From positions 18,044 to 82,043 of the forward strand of contig JBGPCF010000001.1 in NCBI GenBank assembly GCA_041481635.1: 64,000 bases of DNA, given 5' to 3'. Both the position numbers and the translations under genes were made by a program. Below are positions 40,168 to 49,534 of this stretch, in pieces (within the stretch, counting starts at the first letter, position 1; every line of letters begins with the position of its first letter). The notes beneath the pieces were generated by a model. It saw only the letters and a list, made by a program, of their open reading frames with translations. It was not told the origin of the DNA and did no database searches. The stretch is from Terriglobia bacterium (GTDB lineage: Bacteria > Acidobacteriota > Terriglobia > UBA7540).

Positions 40168-40860
40168 TCAAATATTGGGAGGTGATTTTCCAGGCATTCT
40201 CGGCCCCAGCCAAACGAGTGCCACTGCGTCAATCAGGAAATGCGAAGCCATCGAGGGGAAAATCGTTCCCACCCGAATCACCGGAATTGAAAGCAGTGCT
40301 CCCAGAAGCGCTGCCCGCACAATCCCGCTTAAACCCTGGTATGCATGGGCCATTCCGAACACGACCGATGAAATTGCCGTAGCCAGAATGAAAGAATGGA
40401 ACCATATGGAAAGTTCGGTCTGAAGGAATCCGCGGTACAAAAACTCCTCGCACACCGCGGCCGTGGGAGAAATCACGAGGGCGGCCCAGACCTTTTCCTT
40501 CAGTGTCTGGGGGATCAACGCATAAACTAAATCTGATTCCCGGGCGAACCATCCCCGTTGTTCGAACCAAACGACCAGGCCAAGCGACCCGAGTGAAACT
40601 CCGGAGAGCACTGCCATCCAGAAAACCATTGCCAGCATAGGAGCGGCTCGGAATCCGATGGCTGAAAAGGTGAGCGAAGATACCCAAACGACAACCCCGC
40701 CCAAGGCCGCGAGCATCCATTGCGAAAGCGCGGCAGAATAATAGAGCTGCAAGCGCGGCAGGGCAAGGATTTCGAGTTGTCGTGAAGTACGGTAGGAGAG
40801 CAGAGGGACCACCACTGCTAGAACGAACACAAAACCAGCTTCAACTATCTTTGTGATCAT
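40168..40860 (-). CDS. CPBP family intramembrane glutamic endopeptidase (CAAX protease-like)
   Basis: Polytopic. EEFLYRGF and FGMAH motifs. Confidence 0.8.
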   Translation of the reverse strand: MITKIVEAGFVFVLAVVVPLLSYRTSRQLEILALPRLQLYYSAALSQWMLAALGGVVVWVSSLTFSAIGFRAAPMLAMVFWMAVLSGVSLGSLGLVVWFEQRGWFARESDLVYALIPQTLKEKVWAALVISPTAAVCEEFLYRGFLQTELSIWFHSFILATAISSVVFGMAHAYQGLSGIVRAALLGALLSIPVIRVGTIFPSMASHFLIDAVALVWLGPRMPGKSPPNI

Positions 40861-40893
40861 TCATTGCCCTTCGTTCCGGCCCGGGCGCGCGAA

Positions 40894-41502
40894 TCAATGG
40901 ACCAACAAGTATGCTCCCAGAACGGCGCGACATCGATCCCGGAAAATCTCCACTGGGGCGGCCTCCGGCCCCATCAGCCACTGGAGACAGTACCCATCCA
41001 CCAGCGCACGAATGGTGACTGCTGCGTCCTCGGTCTTGACGCGGCGGAATTGCCTTTGCTTGATACCCTCTTCCACAATCGCCTGGTCCCGCTTTCTGCA
41101 GTTCTCAAAAAAGGCCGCGAAGAGAGATCGAAACCTTTCCTCGCGCACCCCCAGCGGCACGAAATCAAACATCACCACGTAGAGCTTGCGATTAACCTCT
41201 GCACTGTGAAAAAGGACCTCCAGCTCCGCCGCCAGCTTTGCGCGTGGCGCCGCATCGCTTTCGGTCACCTCGTCCAGCGTGTGATTCAACTGGGTCAGCA
41301 GCCACTTGAAAACAGCATACAAAAGGTCTTCTTTGGTCGGAAAATAGTAGAGCGCGCCCCCCTTACTTGAGTTGGCTCGTGCTACCACTGAATCAATCGT
41401 CGTGGCGTGAATTCCCTTTTCGAGTATTTCCGCGTAGCCCGCCTTAACGAGGTTTTCCATCGCGCGGTCGCGGCGAACGGGATCGATTGGGCGTGCACAC
41501 AT
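40894..41502 (-). CDS. TetR/AcrR family transcriptional regulator
   Basis: N-terminal HTH (AGYAEILEKGIHATTIDSVVARANSSKGGALYYFPTKEDLL). The start may be the internal MENLV (41458-41460). Confidence 0.85.
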   Translation of the reverse strand: MCARPIDPVRRDRAMENLVKAGYAEILEKGIHATTIDSVVARANSSKGGALYYFPTKEDLLYAVFKWLLTQLNHTLDEVTESDAAPRAKLAAELEVLFHSAEVNRKLYVVMFDFVPLGVREERFRSLFAAFFENCRKRDQAIVEEGIKQRQFRRVKTEDAAVTIRALVDGYCLQWLMGPEAAPVEIFRDRCRAVLGAYLLVH

Positions 41503-41714
41503 AAGCAGGGCCTGAATTCAATAAGGGTCTGGACGGATTTTGAATGTTCCTGGTTTTTTGTCAACATGTTTCGGCGAGGGTGGATTCTTGCGCGCATGAT
41601 CGCCAACAAATCCCGCAAAACCATTGGTCAGCAGTCGCCGCACTGCGGGAGGTTGTGGTACTGTATTTAATTCAGCTAGGAATGCACACGCGAACGAAGA
41701 AGGATTAACTTTCT

Positions 41715-42179
41715 ATGTTGAGACCCGCAGTCGTTTCCATACATATCGCACCCGCCGCCAAGGAGTCGACTACTTCGGTAAATGAGGTGCATGCCGTCCC
41801 CGGCAAAGGCCTCGAGGGCGACCGGTATTTCACACTGACCGGAACCTTCTGCGACAATCCCGGTCCGTCTTACGAAGTAACTTTGATCGAGTCTGAAGCA
41901 GTGGAGGCACTGAAGCGCGATTGTGGGCTGGAGCTGAGAGCGGGTGAGATTCGCCGTAATATCGTGACTCGCGGTGTGGCCCTGAATCACCTTGTGGGGC
42001 GCGAATTCAAGGTTGGAGGCGTATCCCTCCGGGGAATCCGCCTATGCGAACCTTGCGCGCACCTGGAAAAGCTGACGCGCCCTGGGATTATTTCCGGCCT
42101 CGCTCACCGCGGCGGACTTCGCGCACAGGTTCTCACCGAAGGCACCATTCGGGTGGGAGACCCGGTGAGTGAAGCATAG
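41715..42179 (+). CDS. MOSC domain-containing protein
   Basis: GLEGDRY and the conserved Cys context IRLCEPCAHLE. 154 aa. Confidence 0.8.
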   Translation: MLRPAVVSIHIAPAAKESTTSVNEVHAVPGKGLEGDRYFTLTGTFCDNPGPSYEVTLIESEAVEALKRDCGLELRAGEIRRNIVTRGVALNHLVGREFKVGGVSLRGIRLCEPCAHLEKLTRPGIISGLAHRGGLRAQVLTEGTIRVGDPVSEA

Positions 42180-42203
42180 TTATAAGTCGCACCCATTCTG
42201 ATT

Positions 42204-43148
42204 ATGCCTGAGTTGAATCCATCCGAAGCATTGAGGGGCCGCGAGCGCCGGTTAAGTGGGTCGATTATCCTCGGAGTCCCAATCGTCCTCATCATTATAA
42301 CTTTCCTCTTCTGGTACCAAACGTGGTTTGGGCGGCAGCTCTCTGAGTCAGATCTCCGCGAGTATTTGCAGGACACCTCCGTCCCGCACAAGACCCAACA
42401 CGCCCTGACTCAGGTGGCCGCTGAAATCCTGAGACATGACCCGTCGGTCGAGGGGGTATATCCCCTGGTTGTCTCGCTGGCTGGCAACAATGAGGCGGGC
42501 CTTCGCTCCATGACGGCGTGGGTGATGGGCCAGGACAACAAATCGGCGGCATTTCACCAAGCGTTGCTGAAACTCGTGAACGACCCCGAGCCCTCTGTGC
42601 GCTGGAATGCCGCGCTGGCCCTGGCCAGGTTCGGCGACCCTGCGGGAGAACCTCAGCTCAAGTTAATGCTCCGCCCTTATAGCCTCGCAGCCCCGACGGC
42701 GGGTGCGATCACTTTCCGTGTAAGCACCGCAGATGCCGTTCGCAATGGGACCGTCGTGGCACACGTCAAGACTCAAGTTTCGAACTCCGTGGATGCCCGC
42801 TCCCCTGTGGCGGGGATATTGGAAAAGCGCATGGTTGCTGACGGGGCTACGATTGCCGCGGGTGATCCGATTGCCGTGATTTCCCCGGATGATCAGCAGG
42901 TGTGGGAAGCGCTCAGAGCGCTCTACCTTGTTGGCCAGCCCGAGGATCTTGTGGATGTGGATCGATACTCGCGGCCGGTGGCGGGGATGACCGACCGGGT
43001 GCGCCAGCAAGCCGTCTTGACTGCCGAAGCGATTCGGAAGCGTGCGGTCGGAACAACAGAGAAGCCTGACAAGCAGGGTCAAATGGAGGAAGCCAACCGT
43101 GAAAGACGGGTGGCGCCGGGCAGAGGGCAAACGCGGAAAGATCCCTAG
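42204..43148 (+). CDS. membrane-anchored HEAT-repeat protein with a barrel-sandwich (lipoyl-like) segment
   Basis: One TM segment (IILGVPIVLIIITFLFW). HEAT-like DPEPSVRWNAALALARFGDP. The segment SPVAGILEKRMVADGATIAAGDPIAVI resembles a biotinyl/lipoyl-like hybrid motif. Confidence 0.55.
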   Translation: MPELNPSEALRGRERRLSGSIILGVPIVLIIITFLFWYQTWFGRQLSESDLREYLQDTSVPHKTQHALTQVAAEILRHDPSVEGVYPLVVSLAGNNEAGLRSMTAWVMGQDNKSAAFHQALLKLVNDPEPSVRWNAALALARFGDPAGEPQLKLMLRPYSLAAPTAGAITFRVSTADAVRNGTVVAHVKTQVSNSVDARSPVAGILEKRMVADGATIAAGDPIAVISPDDQQVWEALRALYLVGQPEDLVDVDRYSRPVAGMTDRVRQQAVLTAEAIRKRAVGTTEKPDKQGQMEEANRERRVAPGRGQTRKDP

Positions 43149-43182
43149 CTGCGGATTTTCGCCGTTTAGCTTTGGACTCTAT

Positions 43183-43548
43183 TCAGATTTGGAATCTGAT
43201 GCCAAGTGTCTGTTCAACAGTTTCGATGGGGATCATCTCGATGGCATCCCAGGGACAGCCATCCAGAAACGCTCCGTCCGGCCCTTTGCTGGTGCACTTT
43301 TTGCACCCGATGCAAAGCGCGGGGTCAACTTCGATGCGGCCAAAGGGAGGATGGTCCTCGTCTTCAACCCAGTACATGCAGTCCTGGACGGGACAATATG
43401 GCACGCACGCCGGAGAGCCCGCACATCCAGTGCAGCATTCAGTAATCACAGCAAGCTCTCGGGGCTTTTTCTTGCGCGGGGTGTCAATGCCCTCGGACTT
43501 CGGATCGGACTTGACGACTTCGCCGGTCGGTATGAAGTAATGAGCCAA
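43183..43548 (-). CDS. 4Fe-4S ferredoxin-domain protein
   Basis: CTGCAGSPACVPYCP and CIGCKKC...C cluster motifs. Confidence 0.7.
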   Translation of the reverse strand: MAHYFIPTGEVVKSDPKSEGIDTPRKKKPRELAVITECCTGCAGSPACVPYCPVQDCMYWVEDEDHPPFGRIEVDPALCIGCKKCTSKGPDGAFLDGCPWDAIEMIPIETVEQTLGIRFQI

Positions 43549-43714
43549 ATGGTGCTCCCCTCGTCTCGAGTTTTGTCATTTTTGCAGACAGGGTAGGTTT
43601 ATGTCAAGGAATTGCAGTAGGAGGCGAGGGCGTAATTTGCGGAGCGTCCATGACTGCCGCCGGCGTGAGGCAAGACGGCCTCAGCGAGGCGAAACTTTTC
43701 GGAGGTAAAGCCAA

Positions 43715-44152
43715 TTGAATAGTCCGATTGCCTGGGTCCTCGTATTCCACATTCTGGGGTTTGTATTTTGGATGGCCGGCCTCTTGATGACCACTCTGGT
43801 GCTTGCGTCACACGCCGAAGAGAAGTCGCCGGAAGCTCGCCGTGTGCTCGAGCGTCTGGAAGTGAAATTACTGAAAGGGTTTGCCCACCCCGGCGCCGCC
43901 ATCGCGATCCTTGCGGGCATTATCGTCATTTGGATCCAGCCCTCCTACATCCATCAGTCTTGGCTGCACGCCAAACTTTCCCTGGTTGCAATTATGATTG
44001 GCCTGGACTTTGTGGTGTATTGGCGCACCAGGGAATTTCATTCCGGACGAATCGAGCTAAAGCGCTCGGAGTGTATGATGTTGCATGGCATTATTTCTGT
44101 GGTTTTTCTTGGGATCTTGATTTTGGTCATGATTAAACCTTTTTCGCCGTAA
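43715..44152 (+). CDS. hemJ: HemJ-like (UPF0093/CopD-like) membrane protein, possible protoporphyrinogen IX oxidase
   Basis: FHILGFVFWMAGL and SWLHAKLSLVAIMI resemble the HemJ signature regions as I recall them. TTG start 8 nt after GGAGGT. Confidence 0.6.
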   Translation: MNSPIAWVLVFHILGFVFWMAGLLMTTLVLASHAEEKSPEARRVLERLEVKLLKGFAHPGAAIAILAGIIVIWIQPSYIHQSWLHAKLSLVAIMIGLDFVVYWRTREFHSGRIELKRSECMMLHGIISVVFLGILILVMIKPFSP

Positions 44153-44237
44153 GATTGAGCGTTAGGATTCGCCAACCAAGAAAAATGAGGAGGCGGAGAG
44201 TTGATTCGGCTTCCAGCTTTTCCAGAAGGAGAACACA

Positions 44238-44480
44238 TTGGCCACGCCAAAAATAACGGTTAAAAACAACGGATCACTTCGAATCGAGGGTGAGGTTACG
44301 ATTTGCGATATGCAAGGAGGCACGTTTGGCCTGGGAGGCCGTACGGTCATCAGCCTTTGCCGTTGCGGGCACTCGGAGAACAAGCCTTTCTGTGACGGAA
44401 GCCATAAGCGAGTCGGGTTTCAATCCGAAGTCCAGGCGCGCGAGCTTCCACCACCCGTACCCAAGTCCCCTACGGCGTAA
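44238..44480 (+). CDS. CDGSH iron-sulfur domain protein
   Basis: CRCGHSENKPFCDGSH motif. Confidence 0.8.
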   Translation: MATPKITVKNNGSLRIEGEVTICDMQGGTFGLGGRTVISLCRCGHSENKPFCDGSHKRVGFQSEVQARELPPPVPKSPTA

Positions 44481-44579
44481 CCGACGCCTCATCCAGGCTC
44501 GGCGGATCGTGCTTTTACAGCGGCGTGAGCATTCGTTATCACGTACCCTAATTTTTCCAAAGGGACAGGTTTCACCAAA

Positions 44580-46334
44580 ATGAATTCAAAATCCGGCAAG
44601 GACGCTCCCAAACTCCGCAGTCGGGATTGGTTTGGCAAAAATGACAGGTGGGGAATGGCTCATCGGGCGTGGCTGCGCGCCGAGGGCTTTAGTCAACGTG
44701 TGTTCGATGGCAAGCCGGTGATCGGAATCTGCAATTCGTGGAGCGAGTTGAATAACTGCAACGCGCACCTTCGGCAGGTGGCGGAAGCCGTCAAGCGCGG
44801 TGTATGGGAAGCGGGGGGATTTCCGTTGGAGTTTCCCACGATCTCACTGGGCGAGATGTTGATGAAGCCCACCACCATGCTCTTTCGCAATCTGATGGCG
44901 ATGGACGTGGAGGAATCCATTCGCGCCCATCCCCTGGACGGCGTTGTGCTTCTTTGCGGTTGCGATAAAACAACGCCCGCACAACTCATGGGAGCGGCGA
45001 GTGCCGACATTCCCGCCCTCATGGTTCCGGGCGGACCAATGCTGCGGGGAATGTGGCAAGGCAAGGAACTCGGTTCAGGGACCGATACCCGCCGCCTGTG
45101 GGAGGAAGTTCGCGCCGGGCGTCTCAGCGAAGAAGCCTGGTGCGAAGTGGAAAGCTGCATTTCGCGCAGCGCGGGCCACTGCACGGTGATGGGCACCGCC
45201 TCCACGATGGCCAGCACGGCAGAGGCCCTGGGCATGACGCTCAGCGGGTCTGCCCACATCCCTGCCGCGGACTCCCGCCGCCTCGCCATCGCGGAGGAAA
45301 GCGGGCGGCGCATCGTCGAAGTGGTAAATGAAGATCTTCGACCCAGTCAAATTCTCACGTCCGAGGCTTTTGAAAATGCCATTCGAGTGTTGATGGCCAT
45401 TGGTGGGTCGACCAACGCGGTGATCCATTTGGTGGCTATCGCCGGTCGTCTGGGAATGAATCTGCCCCTGACGAAATTCGACGAACTTTCCCGGTCGACG
45501 CCGATGGTGGCCAACGTCAAGCCCTCCGGGCAATTCCTGATGGAGGACCTTTTCTTCGCAGGTGGTCTGCCGGCGGTCATGAAGGAAATCGGCCCTCTGC
45601 TGCATTTGAATGCACGTACGGTGACAGGAAAAACGTTGGGCGAAGATATCAATCGCGCCGCTTGCTACAACCGCGAGGTCATCAAGACGCTGGACCAGCC
45701 GCTCCAAAAAGAGGGCGGCACAGTAATCCTGCAGGGTAATCTCGCGCCCCATGGCGCGGTGATCAAGCAATCCGCGGCTTCGCCCCAATTGCTTAAACAC
45801 AAAGGTCGCACAGTGGTGTTTGAAAATAACGAAGATCTATTGGCGCGCCTCGACGACCCCAATTTGAAAGTTGATGAAGGCAGCGTTTTGGTCCTCAAAA
45901 ACGCAGGCCCCAAGGGAGCGCCAGGCATGCCGGAGTGGGGCCATTTGCCAATCCCAGCCAAGTTGCTTCAAGCCGGCGTGCGCGACATGGTGCGCCTCAG
46001 CGACGCCCGAATCAGCGGGACGAGCTTTGGTACAATCGTTGTTCATATTTGTCCGGAATCGGCGGTAGGCGGACCCTTCGCAATCGTCCGGGAGGGTGAC
46101 GAAATTGAGCTGGATGTATCCGGGCGCCACCTGGAGCTGCGCGTGCCTGAGGCCGAAATCAAGAAGCGCCTGGAAGAGTGGCGACCCAGGGAGCCTCACT
46201 ACACGCGCGGGTACGGGAAGATGTATTTGGACCACATCCTTCAGGCGCATGAAGGGTGCGACTTCGACTTTCTGCGCGGCCGAGACGAGAAATCCGGAGA
46301 CGTTCTCGAGCGATTCCGCAATCCCGGCTTGTAA
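44580..46334 (+). CDS. IlvD/Edd family dehydratase (sugar-acid dehydratase-like)
   Basis: Family motifs GICNSW..., LLCGCDKTTPAQLMGA, SDARISG. N-terminal LRSRDWFG resembles arabonate/xylonate dehydratase-type members (recollection). Confidence 0.88.
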   Translation: MNSKSGKDAPKLRSRDWFGKNDRWGMAHRAWLRAEGFSQRVFDGKPVIGICNSWSELNNCNAHLRQVAEAVKRGVWEAGGFPLEFPTISLGEMLMKPTTMLFRNLMAMDVEESIRAHPLDGVVLLCGCDKTTPAQLMGAASADIPALMVPGGPMLRGMWQGKELGSGTDTRRLWEEVRAGRLSEEAWCEVESCISRSAGHCTVMGTASTMASTAEALGMTLSGSAHIPAADSRRLAIAEESGRRIVEVVNEDLRPSQILTSEAFENAIRVLMAIGGSTNAVIHLVAIAGRLGMNLPLTKFDELSRSTPMVANVKPSGQFLMEDLFFAGGLPAVMKEIGPLLHLNARTVTGKTLGEDINRAACYNREVIKTLDQPLQKEGGTVILQGNLAPHGAVIKQSAASPQLLKHKGRTVVFENNEDLLARLDDPNLKVDEGSVLVLKNAGPKGAPGMPEWGHLPIPAKLLQAGVRDMVRLSDARISGTSFGTIVVHICPESAVGGPFAIVREGDEIELDVSGRHLELRVPEAEIKKRLEEWRPREPHYTRGYGKMYLDHILQAHEGCDFDFLRGRDEKSGDVLERFRNPGL

Positions 46335-46456
46335 TCGATGTCCGCTTGAAATATTTCAGGTATATAATCGCTCCATCCAACAGGATTGAGCCATTCTTGA
46401 TTCCCAGTTCCTGATACCAGCCCGTGGCCCACTAATCCTGGTCGAGGAGGAATCGA

Positions 46457-46630
46457 ATGCGCGCACCAAAATGTCAGTATTGCGGGTCCTCGGAAACAAT
46501 CACGTCACCCAGCGGACATCATTTGATTTGCGCTGGATGCAACCGGATAATCATAAAGTCGTGTCCCCACAAGCGCCCTGGTGGGGGGCGGAAGACCAAA
46601 CCAGCTCGCGCAGGCGCTGAAGCGAACTAG
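46457..46630 (+). CDS. 57-aa zinc-ribbon protein (below the ORF-track size cutoff)
   Basis: ATG 46457 lies 7 nt after GAGGAGG. MRAPKCQYCGSSETITSPSGHHLICAGCNRIIIKSCPHKRPGGGRKTKPARAGAEAN has CxxC-N15-CxxC and a basic tail. Confidence 0.4.
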   Translation: MRAPKCQYCGSSETITSPSGHHLICAGCNRIIIKSCPHKRPGGGRKTKPARAGAEAN

Positions 46631-46709
46631 ATCTCAAGCCCGAAGTAAGCGGAGTGAGTTATCCGGAACTTATTTGCTCCTGATCCAGGGAGCGCCAATT
46701 TCCAGCACC

Positions 46710-47726
46710 ATGATGAACTCCGCTCCGCATGACGGACTGAAGCCGGGGCGATGGCCGTATTGCGGCCTGTTCCATATCCTCATTCTGTTCGCTGGCCTGC
46801 CGGGCCGACATATATCGGCAACTGAAAACCTGCAACCTTATGTGAACTCTGTGATGCGCGGACATCCCGGTGCGGCGATAGTCTCCAATCCTGCCACGGG
46901 CGAGATTCTCGCTGTGTGGAACCCCTCGGAGGCGTTCGATAAAGCATATCCGCCCGGCTCCACGGCGAAATTAGTGGCCAGCGCCGCCGCCCTCGAGGAA
47001 GGTGTCATATCACCCACCGAGCGTAACTTCTGTCATCGTACGCCTGAGCTCTTGGGAGAGGCCTACCACTGCTCCCATCCTCCACCTCACGCGCCATACA
47101 CGCTAGGCTCCGCGATTTCAAATTCCTGTAATTATTTCTTTTCAGCCTTGAGTCTGCGCCTGACCTCTGTTCAGCTCGCCCATTGGTATGCGGTGTTCGG
47201 ATTTGGCACCCCGGTGGAGGGCGCGGGCTCCGCGTCCAATGCCGGGTTGGCTCGAGTCGGGGATAGCCCTGTGGAAAAGGCTCTTGCGACACTAGGCGAG
47301 AAATCCATCCTCGCGACCCCGGCACAACTACTGCAGGCATATTCAGCTGTAGCCAATCGGGGGCCGGTCTATCGTCTGTGGAATCCCGGAGTGGGCGGGA
47401 GCGGACCGCCTCGAGTTGTTCGCAATGTGAAACTGCAGCCCCAAACATTTGACCTTTTGAACTCTGCGTTCATCCAATGCGTGAAATCTGGAACCGGCCA
47501 AGAGGCAGGTGTACCGGAAGTTCACGTGGCCGGTAAAACAGGAACAGCAACAAACGCTCATGGGAGCAGAACGACGCACGCCTGGTTCGTGGGATATGCT
47601 CCGGCGGAGGATCCGGAAATTATCCTTGTCATTTTTCTCGAGCGGGGCACGGGCGCCCGCGATGCATCTCCCCTGGCGGGAAAGATTCTCAAGCATTATT
47701 TCTTGTCCAAGGGTCAAAAGCAATGA
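46710..47726 (+). CDS. penicillin-binding protein transpeptidase-domain protein
   Basis: SxxK (GSTAK), SxN (SNS) and KTG (GKTGTA) motifs in the correct order. The start is uncertain (ATG 46710 within ORF 46581..47726). Confidence 0.75.
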   Translation: MMNSAPHDGLKPGRWPYCGLFHILILFAGLPGRHISATENLQPYVNSVMRGHPGAAIVSNPATGEILAVWNPSEAFDKAYPPGSTAKLVASAAALEEGVISPTERNFCHRTPELLGEAYHCSHPPPHAPYTLGSAISNSCNYFFSALSLRLTSVQLAHWYAVFGFGTPVEGAGSASNAGLARVGDSPVEKALATLGEKSILATPAQLLQAYSAVANRGPVYRLWNPGVGGSGPPRVVRNVKLQPQTFDLLNSAFIQCVKSGTGQEAGVPEVHVAGKTGTATNAHGSRTTHAWFVGYAPAEDPEIILVIFLERGTGARDASPLAGKILKHYFLSKGQKQ

Positions 47727-49516
47727 AACAGGTCTTTACCATCCTGAGCTTGCTGATTCTTGCCGGCGGGCCGACGCCGCTCCGGGGTGAAGACTTCCGC
47801 ATCGAATGGCTTTCCGGCAGATCCGTCCAGTCCCTGAAATTCGTGGCGGGCGCGGATACTGTCCAGCTTTGCCCAATCGGACAAAAGAAACGCTGCCTCG
47901 CGCTCCCCCGCGGTGCGACTGCATCCTGCGCTCGTTCGGGAACTTCTCTTCTGTGCAAAGCCACGAACACGATTCGACAGTTCCAAAACTTCACCGCCAC
48001 CTCCCCAACTCTGTTTCAGGTCGAAGCTGCATCATCAAAATCCGGGAAAAGTGAAGCCCGACGCGCGGGTCAGGCTCGAAATGCTGAAATACGCTCCACC
48101 GTAGCGGGCACCCGCATTGTCCTGGTGCTCGACCTGGAAAATTACGTGGCCGGCGTACTGACGGGTGAGGCAGGAATCCTTAGAAGTCCGCCGGCACTTG
48201 AAGCAATGGCCATTGTAGCTCGCACCTGGGCGCTGAGGTCTCGCGGGCGGCACAGGCTCACGGGATTTGATTTCTGCTCCTTAACTCACTGCCAGGTTTT
48301 CAGTTTCCCATCGGATTCCGGAGGAACTCTCCCCGCCTCAATCGCGCTCGCGCTTCACCAAACGCGTGGAAAGGTTTTGAAATACAGCGGCCAATTGATT
48401 GACGTTTATTTCAGCGCGGACTGCGGCGGCATGACGGAAGCAGCCGGGGAGATTTGGTCCGACCGGGATGCGCCTTATCTCATCAGCATCCGGGATCCTT
48501 ATTGCGCCGGCAGCGAACATTCGTCGTGGCGGCAAATCCTCGCCTTAGCAACCGTCGGCAAAATTGTGCGCACCGAAATTGGCTTGCCCATGCGAGCCCC
48601 TCTTCGCGATTTGAGGATCGACACTCAGGACGCTTCAGGCCGCGCTCGCACCTTGCTTTTGGAAGGTGGCTCCCCGCAACGCATCGATGCGAATGAATTT
48701 CGTTATGCCGTGAACAGACGGCTGGGATGGAATACGCTGAAGAGCAATCTCTACACGGTGGAGCGGAGCGGCGAGTCATTGATTTTTACTGGACGTGGCC
48801 TGGGGCACGGAGTTGGCCTTTGCCAGGCCGGGGCGGAACGGATGGGGCAGTTAAACATGGATAGCGAAAAAATCCTAGCGGCCTATTTTCCCGGGACGAC
48901 GCTTGGGGATACAGCGCCCCTAAAATCCAGTGACCCCATCCTATCGAGCGAGCATTTCGAGTTGGTCTTCCCGGAAGGGCAGCAAGGCTTGGTGGATGAA
49001 TCGCTCCATGCCCTCGAATCCGCTCGCAGCCAATTCGAAGGCCAATTGGGCCCCCTCCCCGCCAAGATTCGAGTGGAAACTTTCGCGACTATGACCGATT
49101 TTATTCGTGCCTCCGGCCAACCAGGCTGGGTGGCGGCATCCACCGACGGAGTTTCCATTTCGCTTCAGCCTTTGAGCACACTCAAGCGCAAAGGCATTCT
49201 CACTTCAACTCTACGTCACGAACTGGCTCACCTGGCCATCCACCGCCAGCGCTCGCCGAAAGTTCCACGTTGGTTTGAAGAAGGGATGGTGGTCTATCTG
49301 ACCAAAGAGCCTGTGACTTACAAGAGCGGTTTCGACTTTCGCGGCCGGTCGTTGGAAGAGTGCATTTCAAAACCCCGCTCGGAAGCTGAGATGAAAGCCG
49401 CATACGCGCGGGCGCTGGACCGGATCCGCACTCTCGCACGCGAGCGGGGCGAGGCCGCCATCTGGCAAATTCTCAGGCAGCCCTCCGAGGACGACATTCG
49501 CCGGATCAAGAACTAA
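47723..49516 (+). CDS. SpoIID/LytB domain protein fused to a peptidase MA-like C-terminal domain
   Basis: SpoIID-like EAMAIVARTWAL...FCSLTHCQVF...YFSADCGG. C-terminal HELAHLAIH...WFEEGMVVYL. ATGA overlap with the upstream PBP gene. Confidence 0.75.
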   Translation: MKQVFTILSLLILAGGPTPLRGEDFRIEWLSGRSVQSLKFVAGADTVQLCPIGQKKRCLALPRGATASCARSGTSLLCKATNTIRQFQNFTATSPTLFQVEAASSKSGKSEARRAGQARNAEIRSTVAGTRIVLVLDLENYVAGVLTGEAGILRSPPALEAMAIVARTWALRSRGRHRLTGFDFCSLTHCQVFSFPSDSGGTLPASIALALHQTRGKVLKYSGQLIDVYFSADCGGMTEAAGEIWSDRDAPYLISIRDPYCAGSEHSSWRQILALATVGKIVRTEIGLPMRAPLRDLRIDTQDASGRARTLLLEGGSPQRIDANEFRYAVNRRLGWNTLKSNLYTVERSGESLIFTGRGLGHGVGLCQAGAERMGQLNMDSEKILAAYFPGTTLGDTAPLKSSDPILSSEHFELVFPEGQQGLVDESLHALESARSQFEGQLGPLPAKIRVETFATMTDFIRASGQPGWVAASTDGVSISLQPLSTLKRKGILTSTLRHELAHLAIHRQRSPKVPRWFEEGMVVYLTKEPVTYKSGFDFRGRSLEECISKPRSEAEMKAAYARALDRIRTLARERGEAAIWQILRQPSEDDIRRIKN

Positions 49517-49534
49517 TTAGGAAGAATATCGGGA

